NCBI GenBank assembly: GCA_964016885.1
Contig: OZ024740.1
Coordinates: forward strand, 107,880,001 to 107,944,000
Length of the DNA: 64,000 nt
Direction: 5' to 3'
Source: Eledone cirrhosa
Taxonomy: Eukaryota
Of the stretch, positions 49,899-64,000 are shown one piece after another. The position numbers were made by a program, and so were the translations under genes. Numbering within the stretch: position 1 is the stretch's first letter; every line of letters begins with the position of its first letter. The notes under the pieces are model-generated. The model made no database searches. It was not told where the DNA came from and was given only the letters and a program-made list of their open reading frames with translations.

Positions 49899-50768
49899 TC
49901 TATATATATAAAACTGTGGTTGTCTGTCTGTCTATCGATTTTTGGCACACATCTCCTCTTAGAATCTCTCACGGAATTGCACGGAAATTGCTATACTTGT
50001 ACATTGAGCCCTAGCGAAGACATCGGAAAAAAAAAATTTCAAATTGACCCACCCTATGTGACGAAATCGAATATAATATATCGATTTTTGAGCGTAAGTT
50101 ATCAGTTATTTCCCTTTGTTCTGTTTACATTGAGCGTCTTACGTAAAAAATTACGCTGGCTTTCTCAGCGTTTAAAATGACATTAACACAATACACGAAC
50201 AGTTGAACACTAAGCTTCCGTTTTGCTTCATTTCCATTTAAAAGCATTTTAAAACAATATTTTTACTTGAAAACAAGTCTATTTAAAGACTACGTAAAAC
50301 AAGCAAATATTTCGTCGTTAGGCGTGCAGACAGACAGTCGTGCAGACAGACAGTCGTGCAGAGAGGTGATATAGGCGTGCAGACAGACAGTCGTGCAGAG
50401 AGGTGATATAGGCGTGCAGACAGACAGTCGTGCAGAGAGGTGATATAGGCGTGCAGACAGACATAACTGATAATTTGGTTACGCTAATGTTTTTCTCTGC
50501 GTTGCAGTGTTTACATTTTCGATCTTTGTTAATAAATAACCAGTGCAGTTTCTATCCCCAGCATCCTCTTTTGTTATAACATTCGGGTTATCGTTATGTT
50601 TTCTTAACTTCATAAGGCATATTGTTGGTTGAGGGAATATTAATCAAAAACACCACATGCAAGTCTGCACAGTAGAAACTACAGTTTTTAAGCCAAGAAA
50701 GAAACTTAACATTGTAACTTTAACACAGCTACTGAGCGACCCCGAGCAACGCCGGGCTTTACTGCTAG
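49899..50768 (+). mobile_element. Non-autonomous Helitron, unit 1
   Basis: A|TC start; subterminal hairpin cccgagcaacgccggg; CTAG end; internal 37-bp minisatellite 50320-50462. Confidence 0.85.
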
Positions 50769-51161
50769 TCTATCTATATATATAAAGCTGTGGTTGTCTG
50801 TCTGTCTATCGATTTTTGGCACACATCTCCTCTTAGAATCTCTGACGGAATTGCACCAAAATTGCTATACTTGTACATTGAGCCCTAGCGAAGACATCGG
50901 AAAAAAAATATTTCAAACTGACCCACCCTATGTGACGAAATCGAATCTAATGTATCGATTTTTGAGCGTAAGTGACGAGTTATTTCCCTTTGTTCTGTTT
51001 ACATTGAGCGTCTTACGTTTAAAATATATGTATCTGTAAATTTCGTTAGGCGTGCAGACAGACAGTCGTGCAGACAGACTTTAAGCCAAAAAAGAAACTT
51101 AACATTGTAACTTTAACACAGCTACTGAGCGACCCCGAGCAACGCCGGGCTTTACTGCTAG
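50769..51161 (+). mobile_element. Non-autonomous Helitron, unit 2 (internally deleted, head-to-tail with unit 1)
   Basis: CTAG|TC junction at 50768/50769; identical 3' end CTAG|T. Confidence 0.85.
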
Positions 51162-51929
51162 TATGTTATATATGTAAAGTATTATCCAGCCCACACTGTA
51201 AAGTGGTCGTGTAGGAGACACAGCAAAAAGCACCCAGCACACACTGTTAATGTGGTTGGTGTTAGGAAGGGCATCCAGCTGTAAAAAACCAGCCAGAAAC
51301 AGTCCTATATGAGCAAGACATGGTAACCCAACCCAACTTGCCTCAAATGGGACAAACCCATCTAACCCATGCTAGCATGGAAAATAAATGTTAAACAATG
51401 ATGATGATGATTACTACATTGTCTAAAAAAAGTCTACATTCTGTCTTAAGCTAGAAGGCTTATTAGGCTGGTGCTTATCCCGGTTTCATGGCATGAAGCT
51501 ACTGAGAATACAAGACTCCCCAATGGACAAGACGCCAGTCCATTGCAGGGTTAAACCCCCAGCTATTGCTGGTACTCATATACAGCTGAGTATACTGGAG
51601 CAATGTGAAATTAAGTGTTTTGCTCAAGAACATGACACGCAACCCAGCCCAAGATTCAAACCCACAACATTATGATCGTAAATCTAAAACCCTTACCACT
51701 CGGCCACACATCTCCAATTACTAGATTGTACTAAGCATTATTACACCATATTTTCAAGCATAGAGTTACGGCCCTTTACGGTATGAGTTCAAATCCCGCT
51801 GAGTTTAACTTTGCCTTTCATCCTTACGGGGTTGATAAAATAAAGTACCAGTAATGCACTGGGATAATTGCTGGCCTTGTGCCAAAAGTAGAAACAATTA
51901 TTACACCATGTTAAGGATTACTACACATT

Positions 51930-52050
51930 ATGTCAAGTATTACTGCACCATGTTAAGTATTAGTACACCATGTTAAGTATGAGTACACCATATTAAGTAT
52001 TAGTACACCATATTAAGTATTAGTACATCATGTTAAGTATAACTACATTA
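51930..52050. repeat. 20-bp minisatellite
   Basis: gtattagtacaccatgttaa units. Confidence 0.8.
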
Positions 52051-52542
52051 TGTTGTTTCAAATACCACTATAAATACGAAGGGATGTTGCATGACTGATT
52101 GGTTAGGAAGTTCACTTCACAATCATGAGTTTCTGGGTTTGAGTTCACTATGTGGCATTATGGGTAAGTGTTTTTTTTATTATAGTTTTAGGTCAACTCA
52201 AACCTTGTGAGTGGATTTGGATAGGCAGGGACAGTCTGGAAGCCTATCAGATAGTTAGATTTGTTGCTCACAGTGTCACATTGAATATCCCAAAGATTCC
52301 AGTGGAATTCTCAGCTAGATTCATGAGTTGGTTGTTCCATTGATTGAACAGCCAGAACACTCATTATCAAAACCAATAGAGTCCATTCCAATTCCAACAT
52401 GTATAAATAGTTTGACTATACTGTTGAGTTGTGAAGATATCATTGACTCTGGTTCCTAGAATTTGGTGCTTTTTGAGACAATATGTAAAAAAATTTAACT
52501 TTTTCTGACAATATTTCTGATTTTCAATATAAAGAAAAATGT

Positions 52543-52745
52543 TGATGTGTTTTAGTAAGATATTTGGCCCCTATTTAACTCACAATACCTAGGTTAACAT
52601 AAGGCTATTTTGATGTGTTTTAATAAAATATTTGTCCCCTATTTAACTCCCAATATCTAGGTTAACATAAGGCTATTTTGAAGTGTTTTAGTAAAATATT
52701 TGTAGCCTATTTCACTCACAATGTCTGGGTTAACATAAAGCTATA
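52543..52745. repeat. 68-bp tandem repeat, 3 units
   Basis: tgatgtgtttta..atatttg.ccctatttaactc..ggttaacataaggcta. Confidence 0.85.
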
Positions 52746-55700
52746 GTAAAAACACTTGCTTAAGATGCTGCAGAGTGGGGTCAAATCTGGGACCTTATAA
52801 CTGAAGTAAACCTTTTAAACATTTGGCTATGTTGCATCTATGATACTGTCTCAAATAGCAACAAATACTAGGATACACAGATGACTACATACAGAATCTG
52901 TATAGATTTATAGTAGTAAAGCCCTTTCATGACCACATTTCTCATGAAATACTATCTATTTCAATTAATTAATGAAGAATTTTGAGGGATTTACTAAAAT
53001 GGTTAATCATTTCATTACTAAGATAGTAACTTAATGTAAGGTTCTTATATAAAATTATGTTGGAAGATTTTAATTTAAATTGGAAATCTTTAAATTGGAT
53101 GGCTTTATTTCATAGAGCCAGAGCTGGTTTTGGCCAGGTTGGTAACAAAAGGGTTAAATAACCTAGTTGTCAAATATTCCCACATCATAATATTGTCTCA
53201 AATAGCACCAAATACTCAGAACATTGTTTCAGGAACTGATAATACTATTTAAACATTACAATTACAATATAAAGTAATTAGGTACTTTAACGAAGCATAC
53301 TATTCTTAGCTGACACACACACACAAAGAAAATAGACTGTTATCCAGTCAAAGTAAACAACAGTAGTACTATGACATAAAAGCAACTTCCATTTAAGTGG
53401 CTTCGTCAGTGTCCTGAAACTATAAAACTTAGCTCACAGACAACTCTGAATAGACAAAAGGAATCAAATAAAAGATAAAATGAAATTTGTATTAACTATT
53501 GTTTATCAAAACCATGTGACTACTGGGGTTTATATATAAAACAAAGTAGAAAGTATCTTGAAAAAAACAAAACAAAAACAAAAAATAAAAGAATAACATG
53601 CAATTGTGAACAAGTATGTGGTTGAGGTCAGTGGCAAATTAGTTTGAAAACAAGAAATGGAAATCATCATTTTCATTATCATCATTGTTGTAGGGTACAT
53701 TTCTCGGGTGGTTGGTTCATCCCACATTACCAGTTCTGTTTATCTAAAGTGGCTCATTAAGCACAGTGCATTCCTCACTTCTCTGAGACAGCTGCCTCTG
53801 ATTGAAACAGAAGCAGTCGTCTATATAAACTATAAACACAAACATAAGCAGAATCAGCTGAATTACCCTTATTGTACCACTGGTACTTATTTAAGCTATT
53901 GGAGATTTGGGTAGAATGTGTTGCAATGCTTGCTCCTGTACTCTGCATTCAAATCCTGCTAGGGTCTACTCTGATTTTCATTCTTTCAGGGTTGATAAAA
54001 AAATAAAAGTACCAAACTGTCACATCCTGGATGTATCAAGGGTGGGTGGGTCAAGAAAGTGTCCTTGTCTATTTATGACTGCATGGGTACATAAAACCTT
54101 TAACAACAATATGATAACCACAGCTGACCAAGAGCTAAACAATAATAATTCTATGGAAAAACCAGAATTTAGACTTCAAAAATAAAAATGTTTGTCATAT
54201 AGGCAATATTCATCATAATGTGTATATATAATTGTTTCTACATCAGGCCAACAATATTTTGGGGGGAGAAGTCGATTAATTCAACCCCAGTACATTACTG
54301 GTACTTTATCTTATCGATCCCATAAGGATGAAAGGTGGTACCATAGCCAATGAGTGTTATCCGAGGTGTGGTTATTGCTAGTTGAAAACTATTCCTAATG
54401 TGTATATATAATAAGACTTCATAAAAGTTGAATTCCATAGAGAGAAACTCATGTGAAAACTCAATTCAGTTCATATATAGCAAAAATTCAACTTAATATT
54501 GTGTCTATTCTTGTGATGGTAGAAACCAACTACATTGTAGTTTTACTGCTAATTAATCCTAGCCAGTTAAGTATGCTTTATATGCAAATGAACATTTCCA
54601 GCAGATGTTTTATACACAAAGCTATAGTTTATTCTTCTCTCAGTATCAAGTGAGTAAATGTCACTGATGATGAATTTAAAAAATCCTGAAATACTAGTGT
54701 TTGGCGTTTTCATGTGGCTATTGAGGTAGCTGTGACATGACCATGGCTTAAAACATCCATAATGAGATTTATATATGTTTATCATACATAGACATATCAT
54801 ATACACCTTTATATACACTTCTATTATGAATCATGCTATGTTAGTGCTACTTTGTGGTGTTCCATCCTTCTTAGTTATGAATAGGTACCATACAGAGGCC
54901 ATAATTCAAGATGGATTCTTGACAGCTTGTTTAAATGAAATCAGTATGGTTGAGTAGTTAACAAGTTTACTTCACAGCCACATGGTTTGGGATTCAGTCC
55001 AACTGTATAGCACATTGTGCAAGTACCTTCTACTATGGCCTCTGATTAACCAATAACTTGTGGGTAAAATGAGGTAGATGGAATGTATGCAGAAGCCTGT
55101 CATGTGTGTGTTTATGTACTGTGACTTCAACAAAAAGAGATTAATAAAATAAGTACTGGAGTCAATAGGGTCAACTAAATTTCAAATTAGTCTAATGAAT
55201 GAAACCTGTAAAATAGTATGTGCACACACACACACACATGTATGTATGTAAGTATGTATGTATGTTTTCAACATAAAGAGATAGATGACACTTAAACATA
55301 CATCAGCAGTTCTTTCATTCATAGACAGAACCAAGAAGATTATGATGAGATATCAAAATTAACAACAAACTACTGTTCTTTTCCTTTCTGAGCATAGATG
55401 TTACTCAGCTTACAAGCTGAGATGTATGTTTAAGGAGTGAAAAGAGACTATATGACATCAAACCTTTACCTACTTTAAAACTTCTAATACCAAACTGCCT
55501 GAAACCACATCTGGTTTAATGATACAAAGTTGTTTGCTTTAAGGTATTTATATTTAACTAAAAACTTTCCATCATAATATTATGTAAGAACCTTTAAGTT
55601 ATGTTCATAAGACCAGCTTAATTTTGAAAAAGTTAGTTGGTAATTTTTAAGATACTGTGTTGTTTACTAACCCAATGGTAAATAATGAGAAAGTTGGTTT

Positions 55701-56669
55701 TATTGCTAAATCCCTCCAAATTGTTTATTGTTTATGTTTATCTAAAATCTTTCCATCATAATTTTATGTAAGAATCTTTTTAAGTTATGCTAAAAAAAAC
55801 AGCTTGTTATTGAGAATGATATATTTCTAAATCCCTCCTAATTCTTCATTATTTTCAAAATGATTTGGAAATCATAGTCAGAGCCTTTATGGTAAGGAAA
55901 GGGTTAACTTTTTATGGTGACACTGCCAATGAAATATACTCTATTGAAATGAAGAATTTTGAAGGATTTATTAAAATTATGAATTATTTTGATTACTAAG
56001 ATAGAACTTAACATATGGTTCTTATATAAAATTGTTTTAAGAGATTCTAATTCAAATAGAAACACTTTAAAATGGGTGGTTTTGTTTCATAGAATCAAAA
56101 TCAGCTTTAGCTAGGCTGGTATCCAAGAGTATTCGGTAGAGGGTCGGACGCCATGCTTTGCAGCACAGTTACATCCCTTTACGGACTGAGTTCAAAACCC
56201 GCCGAGGTTAACTTTACCTTTCATCCTTAAGGGGTACACTGGATAATTGCTGGCCTTGTGCCAAAAGTAGAAACAATTAATTATAACTACTGTTTCGGTC
56301 ACTCCCTCACACCTAGCTCTCTTTATATTACAGTATTACTTACATCACATACTCCTTCACTAATAAAGTGTGATATTTACAGCCACATCATAAACTTAGT
56401 TTCACAAACAAGTGAAACCTGAACTGAAAGGGTTCTATAGATATGTTCATCAGAGAAGAAACCATTATCTTTTATGCTATGAAGCTTCAACGTAACATAA
56501 CCATGCACACGCATACACAAGTGTGCACCTCACACACATACACACAGACACATGCGTGCACAATACACAGCAAACATGATGGTAGCAAGGTGTCAAGAAA
56601 AGAAATAGTAAAACAATTTTCTGAGCCTACTCATCTGAGCCATGCCAGCAAAAAATTAAACGGTTGTAA

Positions 56670-56860
56670 AATGATGATGGTAGTGAAGATGATAAGGATG
56701 ATGGCAATGATGATCAGAATGGTAATGGTGGTGGAGATGTGCACCATGATGATGATGCTGATGATGGTGAAGATGTTGAGAATGGTGGTGCGGAAGATGA
56801 TAATGATGATGATGATGAAAGTGATGATGAAAAGAGGATGAAGATGAAGATGAAGATGAT
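56670..56860. repeat. Degenerate (GAT/GGT)n microsatellite
   Basis: Direct reading; explains the poly-Met and poly-His ORFs. Confidence 0.9.
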
Positions 56861-57140
56861 CTTTGCAATTTCTTTGAACAATGTTACTGTCTCCTGTTAG
56901 AAATTGAAACTACCAAGAAGATGGAAGCAGTCATCAGCCCTGCAGACTCTTAACAAACATGTTCTATGGAGTATTGCAATCTGAGATTTTATTTGGTATA
57001 AAAATATTTCTGAATACAGCAAAAAGAATCAAATTCAATCCCACAGAAAATTCTCCCTATTGTGTAACACCTGAAATATCAGAAAACAAACCTTTCATCT
57101 TTGCCATGTACCATATCTCAATATTGTGAGCACATACACA

Positions 57141-57385
57141 TATAGGTACAGATATGGCTGTGTAGTTAAGGAGTATAGGTACAGATATGGATGTGTAGTT
57201 AAGGAGTATAGGTACAGGTATGGCTGTGTAGTTAAGGAGTTTAGGTACAGATATGGCTGTGTGGTTAAGGAGTTTAGGTACAGGTAAGGCTATGTGGTTA
57301 AGGAGTTTAGATACAAGTAAGGCTGTGTAGTTAAAGAGTTTAGGTAGAGGTATGGCTCTATAATCAAGGAGTTTAGGTACAGGTA
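57141..57385 (+). repeat. 33-bp tandem array (about 7 units) derived from a SINE 5' head
   Basis: tataggtacagatatggctgtgtagttaaggag units followed by the SINE body. Confidence 0.85.
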
Positions 57386-57689
57386 CTTCACACTTCAGGT
57401 AAGTATCTTCTACTATAACTTGGGTTGATCAATACCTTTCAAGTGAAATATTGTAGACAGAAATTGTATGAAAACCCATCATATGTGTGTGTGTCTGTGT
57501 GTGAATGTGTCTGTATCTGTGTTTATATTTACTGTTTGTTTGTATCCTGTAACTTAGTGGTTCAATAGAGATCATTAAAGTCAGTACTAAACTTTTTTAA
57601 AATAGCACTGGGGTAGATATAGAAACTTAACCCCTTGAAGGTGGTGCATCAGCATGGCCATAGCCTAATAACTGAAACAAATAAATAGG

Positions 57690-59350
57690 GAAGTTGACCT
57701 CAGCAGGATTTGAACTTAGAACATAAAGGTCATCAGAAAGTACTGCAAAGTATTTTGTCCAACTCTCTGACAGTAATAATAATGGTTTCTGATATAGGCA
57801 CAAGGCCAGCAATTTTTGGGGAGGGGAAAATTGATTAAATCAACCCCAGTGTATGACTGGTATTTTATTTTATCGATCCTGTCAGGATGAAAGGCAAAGC
57901 TAACCTCACCAGGATTAGAATTCTGAATGTAAAGGGCCGTAACTCTATGCCACGAAGCAGGCTGTCCTACGCTCTACTGGTTCTGTCAATTCACCGCCCT
58001 CTCTTGCAATAATTATTATAATGGTTTCTGATTAAGGCACAAGACCAACAATTTTGGACAGAGGGGAAAATTGATTAAATCGACCCCAGTGTGTTCATGG
58101 TACTTTATTTTATTGACCCCGTAAGGATGAAAGGCAAAGTTAACCTGGCGGAATTTGAACCCAGAACGTAAAGGGCCTTAACTCCTATGCTGTAAAGCAT
58201 GGTGTCTGACATTCTACCGATATGGCCAAACCACCTAGTTACTTTTGGCACAAAGCCAGCAATTATCCCAGTGCATTATTGGTACTTTATTTTATCAACC
58301 CCATAGGGATGAAAGCAAAGTTAACCTCAGCGGGAGACTGTAAAGGGCAGTAACTATGCTGCAAAGCATGGTGTCTGACCCTCTACCGATACTGCGAATC
58401 CACTGCCCTTCTAGTAGTAGTAATATTAATAACAACATTTACAAAGTTATATAGCAACAAGAATAAGGAAACACATGTAAGTATATTTATAAACAGTCTT
58501 CTCACATAAATAAACATTTTATTCATTTATTTTTAAAATTCTGAATGTGAATTATTTTGTTATTCTTTTATCAAGGAATCTATTAAATATAAAAATAACA
58601 TATCACAGCCCAACATCCTCCAGGATAGAACAACAGAATTTAAGAGATGATAATAAAAACATGAAACAAATGAGAGATTACAAGGGAAAGAGGCTATAAA
58701 ATAAAAAGTTTATCACTTGTCTATTAAATAGTGTTTATTGTAAAGTTATGAAGAATGAAACAACCTTATGGTTGAGTATGAGGTCACTGATAATGATGAT
58801 GATAATAATAATTGTCTCTACAAGGCCATCAATTTGAAACGTTACTGGTACTTTATTTTATCGATTCCGTAAGGATGAAAGGTTAAGCTAACCTCGGCGG
58901 GATTTGAACTCAGAACGTAAAGGGCCGTAACTACATGCCGCAAAGCATAGTGTCTGACGCTCTACCGATAATAATAATAATTCTTTCTAACATTGGCACA
59001 AGACCAGTAATTTGGGGGAAGAGGAAAGTCATTTATAATAACCCCAGTAAATGACTGGTACGTTATTTTATCGACTGCAGTGAATGACTGGTACTTTATT
59101 TTATCGACCCTGGGAGGATGAAAGGCAAAATTGACCTCAGAGGAATTGGAATTCAAAATCGTAAAGCGTGAGAACAAATGCCACATAGCATTTGTTCGAT
59201 GCTTGTTTCTAATTTATGCACAAACCAGTAATTATGGGGGAGAAAAGGTTAGTTGATTAAGTTGATCCTAGTACTTGACTGGTATTTTACTTTATCAATA
59301 CTAGAAGAATGAAAGGCAAAGTTGACCTTGCCATGATTTGAACTTAGAAC
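57690..59350 (-). mobile_element. Two clusters of same-orientation tRNA-SINE copies (57690-58410, 58810-59350)
   Basis: Repeated tactttattttatcgaccc..ggatgaaaggcaaag.taacctc. Confidence 0.8.
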
Positions 59351-59729
59351 ATAGAGAGACAAATCAAATTCCACAAAACGATTTGTTACTCAAGTGATAA
59401 AAGATAGAAGAGTAGGGAATGACTGGAGCCATTATCATTAAAGCACCAAACAGACATACTATGAGATGTAACTTCATAGGGGGGCAACTAAAACTATGTA
59501 GGTGTGAGCCATAACACAACAATAATAACAAACAACAACATACATTTCTCAAGGACACCAAGGATGTAAATGAGCCAAGACAGTAATAATTATCTGATTT
59601 CTGACAATAAATTCAGACAGATAAATACAATACTGAATAAACATTGTGTTGTTCATGTTTATATTTTAACATTTCAGTTACCAAACCCACCTGAAACTAC
59701 ATTTAGTTTTATGTTGAAAACACTTTAGT

Positions 59730-60010
59730 TTCAACCCTTTCATTACCATATTTCTAATGAAACATACTGCCTATGTCATTAACTCTTTCATTACGATATT
59801 TCTAATGAAAGACACTACCTGTCTTTAAACCTTTTTAATACCATATTTCTAATGAAAAACACTGCCAATGTCTTCAACCTTTTTATTACCATATTTCTAA
59901 TGAAAGACACTGCCTGTGTCATTAATTCTTTCATTGCCATATTTCTAATGTCATTAACTCTTTCATTACCATATATTTTAATGAAAGATACATATTTCTA
60001 ATGAAAGAAA
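59730..60010. repeat. ~47-bp tandem array of the TTAA-MITE terminus
   Basis: aacYctttcattaccatatttctaatgaaagacactgcc units. Confidence 0.8.
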
Positions 60011-62119
60011 CAGAACCCAGGGCAATTCCAGATGGTTTAGTAACAAAAGGATTAAATATTCATATTTAATGTTAGCTTTCCATTATAATTTTATGCAATA
60101 ACCTATTTTTATGTTTTACATGTTCTTAAGTTATGTTCTAAACACCGACTTAATAATGAGTAAGTTAAATATATTACTAAATTCCTCCAAATTTTAGATT
60201 ATTTTAAATATTAACTGAAATTATAAACTCTTTCATTAAAAATATGATAATGAAAGAGTTAAAATAGTGAATACTTCATTCATTTAAAAGGGAAGAGAAA
60301 ACAGAAAATAAAGGCATATACTTAAGTTTTGCTGTTTTTTTTATATATCAATGGAAAGTGTGAAAAACAGGTTATAATGTGGGAAATTCTACTGGATGGA
60401 GGATAATTTTGCTGTCCCAACAGTGAGAATTATGTCAATTTATTGTTCATTAATTGTATTAAAGACTGGGATATTTATATATTAAAAACATTAGTAAGCA
60501 TGCTTCACTTTCCTACTTTCTCAAGTTTATAAATATCTCCATTAGTACACATTTCCTTGTAATGTCTCAATATATTGCTATGGCTACAATACTACAACAT
60601 GGTAGTAGCAATGGATGGACGTTAGAGCAAAAGTATTTCACAGTTTATCTATCATATCTTTTTACAAACAGTTGGTTGATCTGAAGGAAATTTTGTAGTT
60701 GTTACTAGCAGGTAACATGATTGCAGAGAAACTTCCCTGTTGACTCATGTCCACCTTCTTAGTAAAGAACAAAATATATAATATATTCCTGAATGATTTT
60801 TAAAATATATTTTTTATGAAACACTATATATGATTTTCAAATAAATTTTGAAAATCATCAAGAATTCAAAGGGATTTAGTATATAATTAGCTTTGTCATT
60901 AATTAACTGGTGTTTGAAATATAGCGTAACCCTTTTATTAAACATATTTCGAAAGAAATACACTTTATTTGCATTAATAAAAGAAACGTTTGAAAGAATT
61001 CATTAAAATGAATAAATATTTCATTGGTATTTGCAGTATTGGTAAAGCATCAGACATTATGCTTTGTGGCATAGAGCTACAGCACTTTACGTTCTGAGTT
61101 CCAATCCTACTGAGGTTAGCTTTGCCTTTCATCTTTATGGAGTCAATAAATAAAGCACCAATAATGCACTGACGTCGATTTAATCGACTTTCCCCTCCAC
61201 TTCAAATTGCCGGCCTTGTGCCTAAATCAGAAACCATTATTAAGATGGTATTTGTAATATAAAAGTTTTTTATATAAAATTATGTTCAAAAATATTAATT
61301 TAAATAGGAACCCTTTAAAATGGGTGGTTTTGTTTCATAGAACCAGTGGCAGTTTTGGGTGGGTTGGTTTTAAAATGGTTATCAAAGATTACTACATAAA
61401 ATTATGATGGAAAGTCTTTTTATATAAATATAAGCATTTCAAAACAAACAGCTTTGTATCAGAGAACCAAGGACAACATTAGGGAGTTTGGTATGAAAAG
61501 AACTAAACATAATTCTAATGAAGCAGAGATAAGTGAGTCTAATAAACAGCACATCCATTGGCAGTCATATTTATAAGTTCATTTTCTGACTTATAGTGAC
61601 ATCATCATCATCAGTTTTATGACTGTTTTTCTATGATGGCATAGGTAAGAAAAGGCTATGGAGACAGAATTCTATGGCAAAAAGCTTTTCCTGGGGTCAA
61701 CACTCATTTGTATTGTATAAAAGGAATGGGATCCCTGCTTAAGTGAAATGCAAACAAACATCAGCACATGCAATGTTGAATGTGACAAGAAGAGACAAAC
61801 AAAAATACAGACATGGTAGTTGTGACAGTGACATTGTAGCTAACACTAGCTGTGATTCTGCTAATGTAACATAAATGCTGTGACATTAAGTGTAACACAG
61901 TAGCTATAGCACAGTATATACAGTAGATGTGGTATTGTTATTGTTTAACGTGAAACAATGGCTGTGACAATGAGAATAATGTGTTCAATGTAACATTGAG
62001 TGTGACAGAGTAGATACAACACACTGTATAGAATAGATGTGGTACTGTTACTGTGATACAGTGGCTGTTGTCAGTCAGTATGACACAGTACATAATCTCT
62101 GCACAGAAACACAACTTCA

Positions 62120-62670
62120 TCTATATATCTAAAACAGAGAATGTCTGTCTGTCTGTCTGACTCCCTAAAACTCAAGAACCACCCAACCGATTGTTTTCAA
62201 ATTTTCAATGCCCTAGGGACCGCATTAGGCAAAAAAGCGATCTCTCTCTCTTAGTCTTTCTTCTTAGATAGGTACATAGATAATAACATTGCACCCCTAT
62301 AATATCTGTCTGTATGTCTAGCTGTCTGCATTACGACATTATGACACTGTGTGTGTATATAGTGTGTGTATATATATATATATTATATATAGTGTGTAAC
62401 GTTTTTCGAAATATTTACTTCTGCATTCACAGATTGATTTTTTTAGTTTCAGAAGATTCCATTAAGGGTGAAAGCAGCGATTCTTTGCTTAAACTTTAAT
62501 CTGTTATTTTAATATATATATATTTATATATTTGTGTACAGATATGTTGGCATACACAATAACAAAATATAAACAAACGTATTTATTTCATGAGGCTCGA
62601 TAAGGATAAATATATATCAAATATATAAGAACCTTAGAGCAAATCCTGAGCAACGGGATCTCTAAATTGT
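62120..62670 (+). mobile_element. Degraded non-autonomous Helitron
   Basis: A|TCTATATATCTAAAAC..(gtct)n start; cctgagcaacggg remnant; 62400-62497 homologous to 19910-20007. Confidence 0.55.
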
Positions 62671-62910
62671 ACACCAAATAAAATCTCCCCTTCTCTCTTG
62701 GTATCACACACACACTATTTCTATCTATCTACCTATATATCTACCAACCTACCTACCTCTCTGTCTCTCTATCAATCCATCTACCTACATACCTCTCTAT
62801 CTGTCTATCCACCTATATCGTCATCATCATCATCATTTTACGGGCGCTTTTCCCTGCTTGCAAGGGTTGGACTTGAGATAGACAGACAGGGAGGTTGATA
62901 GATAAAGAAG

Positions 62911-63410
<500 letters not shown>

Positions 63411-63599
63411 AATATAAGATCAAAAGATGGTTAAAGGAGTTCCATATATTTTATTATGCGCATTTCAAAAACAAACATCATCAAACAATAATATTTGTGT
63501 TTTCATCAGATAAAACAGGAGAACATGATATGAAGGCTAAAAAAACACTTGTTGATAGTGCAGTTTTAAATCAACATATGAAAAGTGGTTTTAGATTGA

Positions 63600-64000
63600 T
63601 GTGTGATATTGGGAAAAATATTTTATTTAGAGAGGGGGGGGAGAAAAGGATGAAAAGGGAAGGAGATGAGAGGGAGAGATGGGTGATAGAGAGAAAGAGA
63701 TAGTTTTTATAACTGAGAGGAGATATATTTTATATAGAGGGGTTGAAAACCGTTGGAAGATACTGTATAAATTAAAAATTTTGAAAATTAACGAAGGGAG
63801 GATATGTGCGAGGAAAAAATATTTTATTTAGGGAGGGGGGGGTGGAAAGGATGAAAAAAAAGGGGAGGAGATGAGAGTGAAGGTGGAAAGGGAGAGATGG
63901 GTGATAGAGAGAAAGAGATAGTTTTTATAACTGAGAAAAAGATATAATGTTTTAATATAGAGAGGTTGGGAACCGTTGGAAGATAATGTATAAATTAAAG
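63600..64000. repeat. Purine-rich ~218-bp direct repeat running off the window
   Basis: gagatgggtgatagagagaaagagatagtttttataactgaga at ~63676 and ~63894. Confidence 0.75.

Noticed and set aside
54628-54655. Plus-strand 6-nt microexon (ttctctcag|tatcaa|gtgagt)
   Set aside because: Isolated, opposite to the inferred host strand, and expected by chance in 64 kb
56344-56418. Minus-strand exon-like segment (cag|...|gtaagt)
   Set aside because: Stops in all three frames; could only be UTR and has no other support
56443-56868. Poly-Met and poly-His ORFs
   Set aside because: Degenerate (GAT)n repeat; no splice or domain support
57141-57385. Regular 33-bp repeats as a CRISPR array
   Set aside because: No unique spacers, eukaryotic context, unit derives from a SINE head

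Overview
AT-rich, repeat-dense eukaryotic DNA with no intact protein-coding gene. The SINE, RTE and microsatellite repertoire resembles an octopus or other coleoid cephalopod genome (inference). Most of the window is transposon-derived: several RTE-clade LINE families (the youngest carries a C4HC3 PHD-like finger after the RT core), tRNA-derived SINEs, a full-length decayed Buster/Charlie-type hAT with a perfect 8-bp TSD, mariner and TTAA-type MITEs, nested and tandem Helitrons, and many (TA)n/(CA)n/(GAT)n tracts. The most notable signal is a set of short, sequence-diverse inserts in (TA)n tracts. Several share an inverted-arm + tail architecture, three share a tail motif, and several carry type I hammerhead ribozyme folds with palindromic stem III (Penelope-like pLTR / retrozyme-like). 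Repeat-free islands contain 3-4 candidate minus-strand first exons that end in phase 2, plus a candidate recursive splice site, suggesting the window lies inside a very large multi-promoter gene on the minus strand. All calls were made by eye; boundaries of old repeats are approximate.
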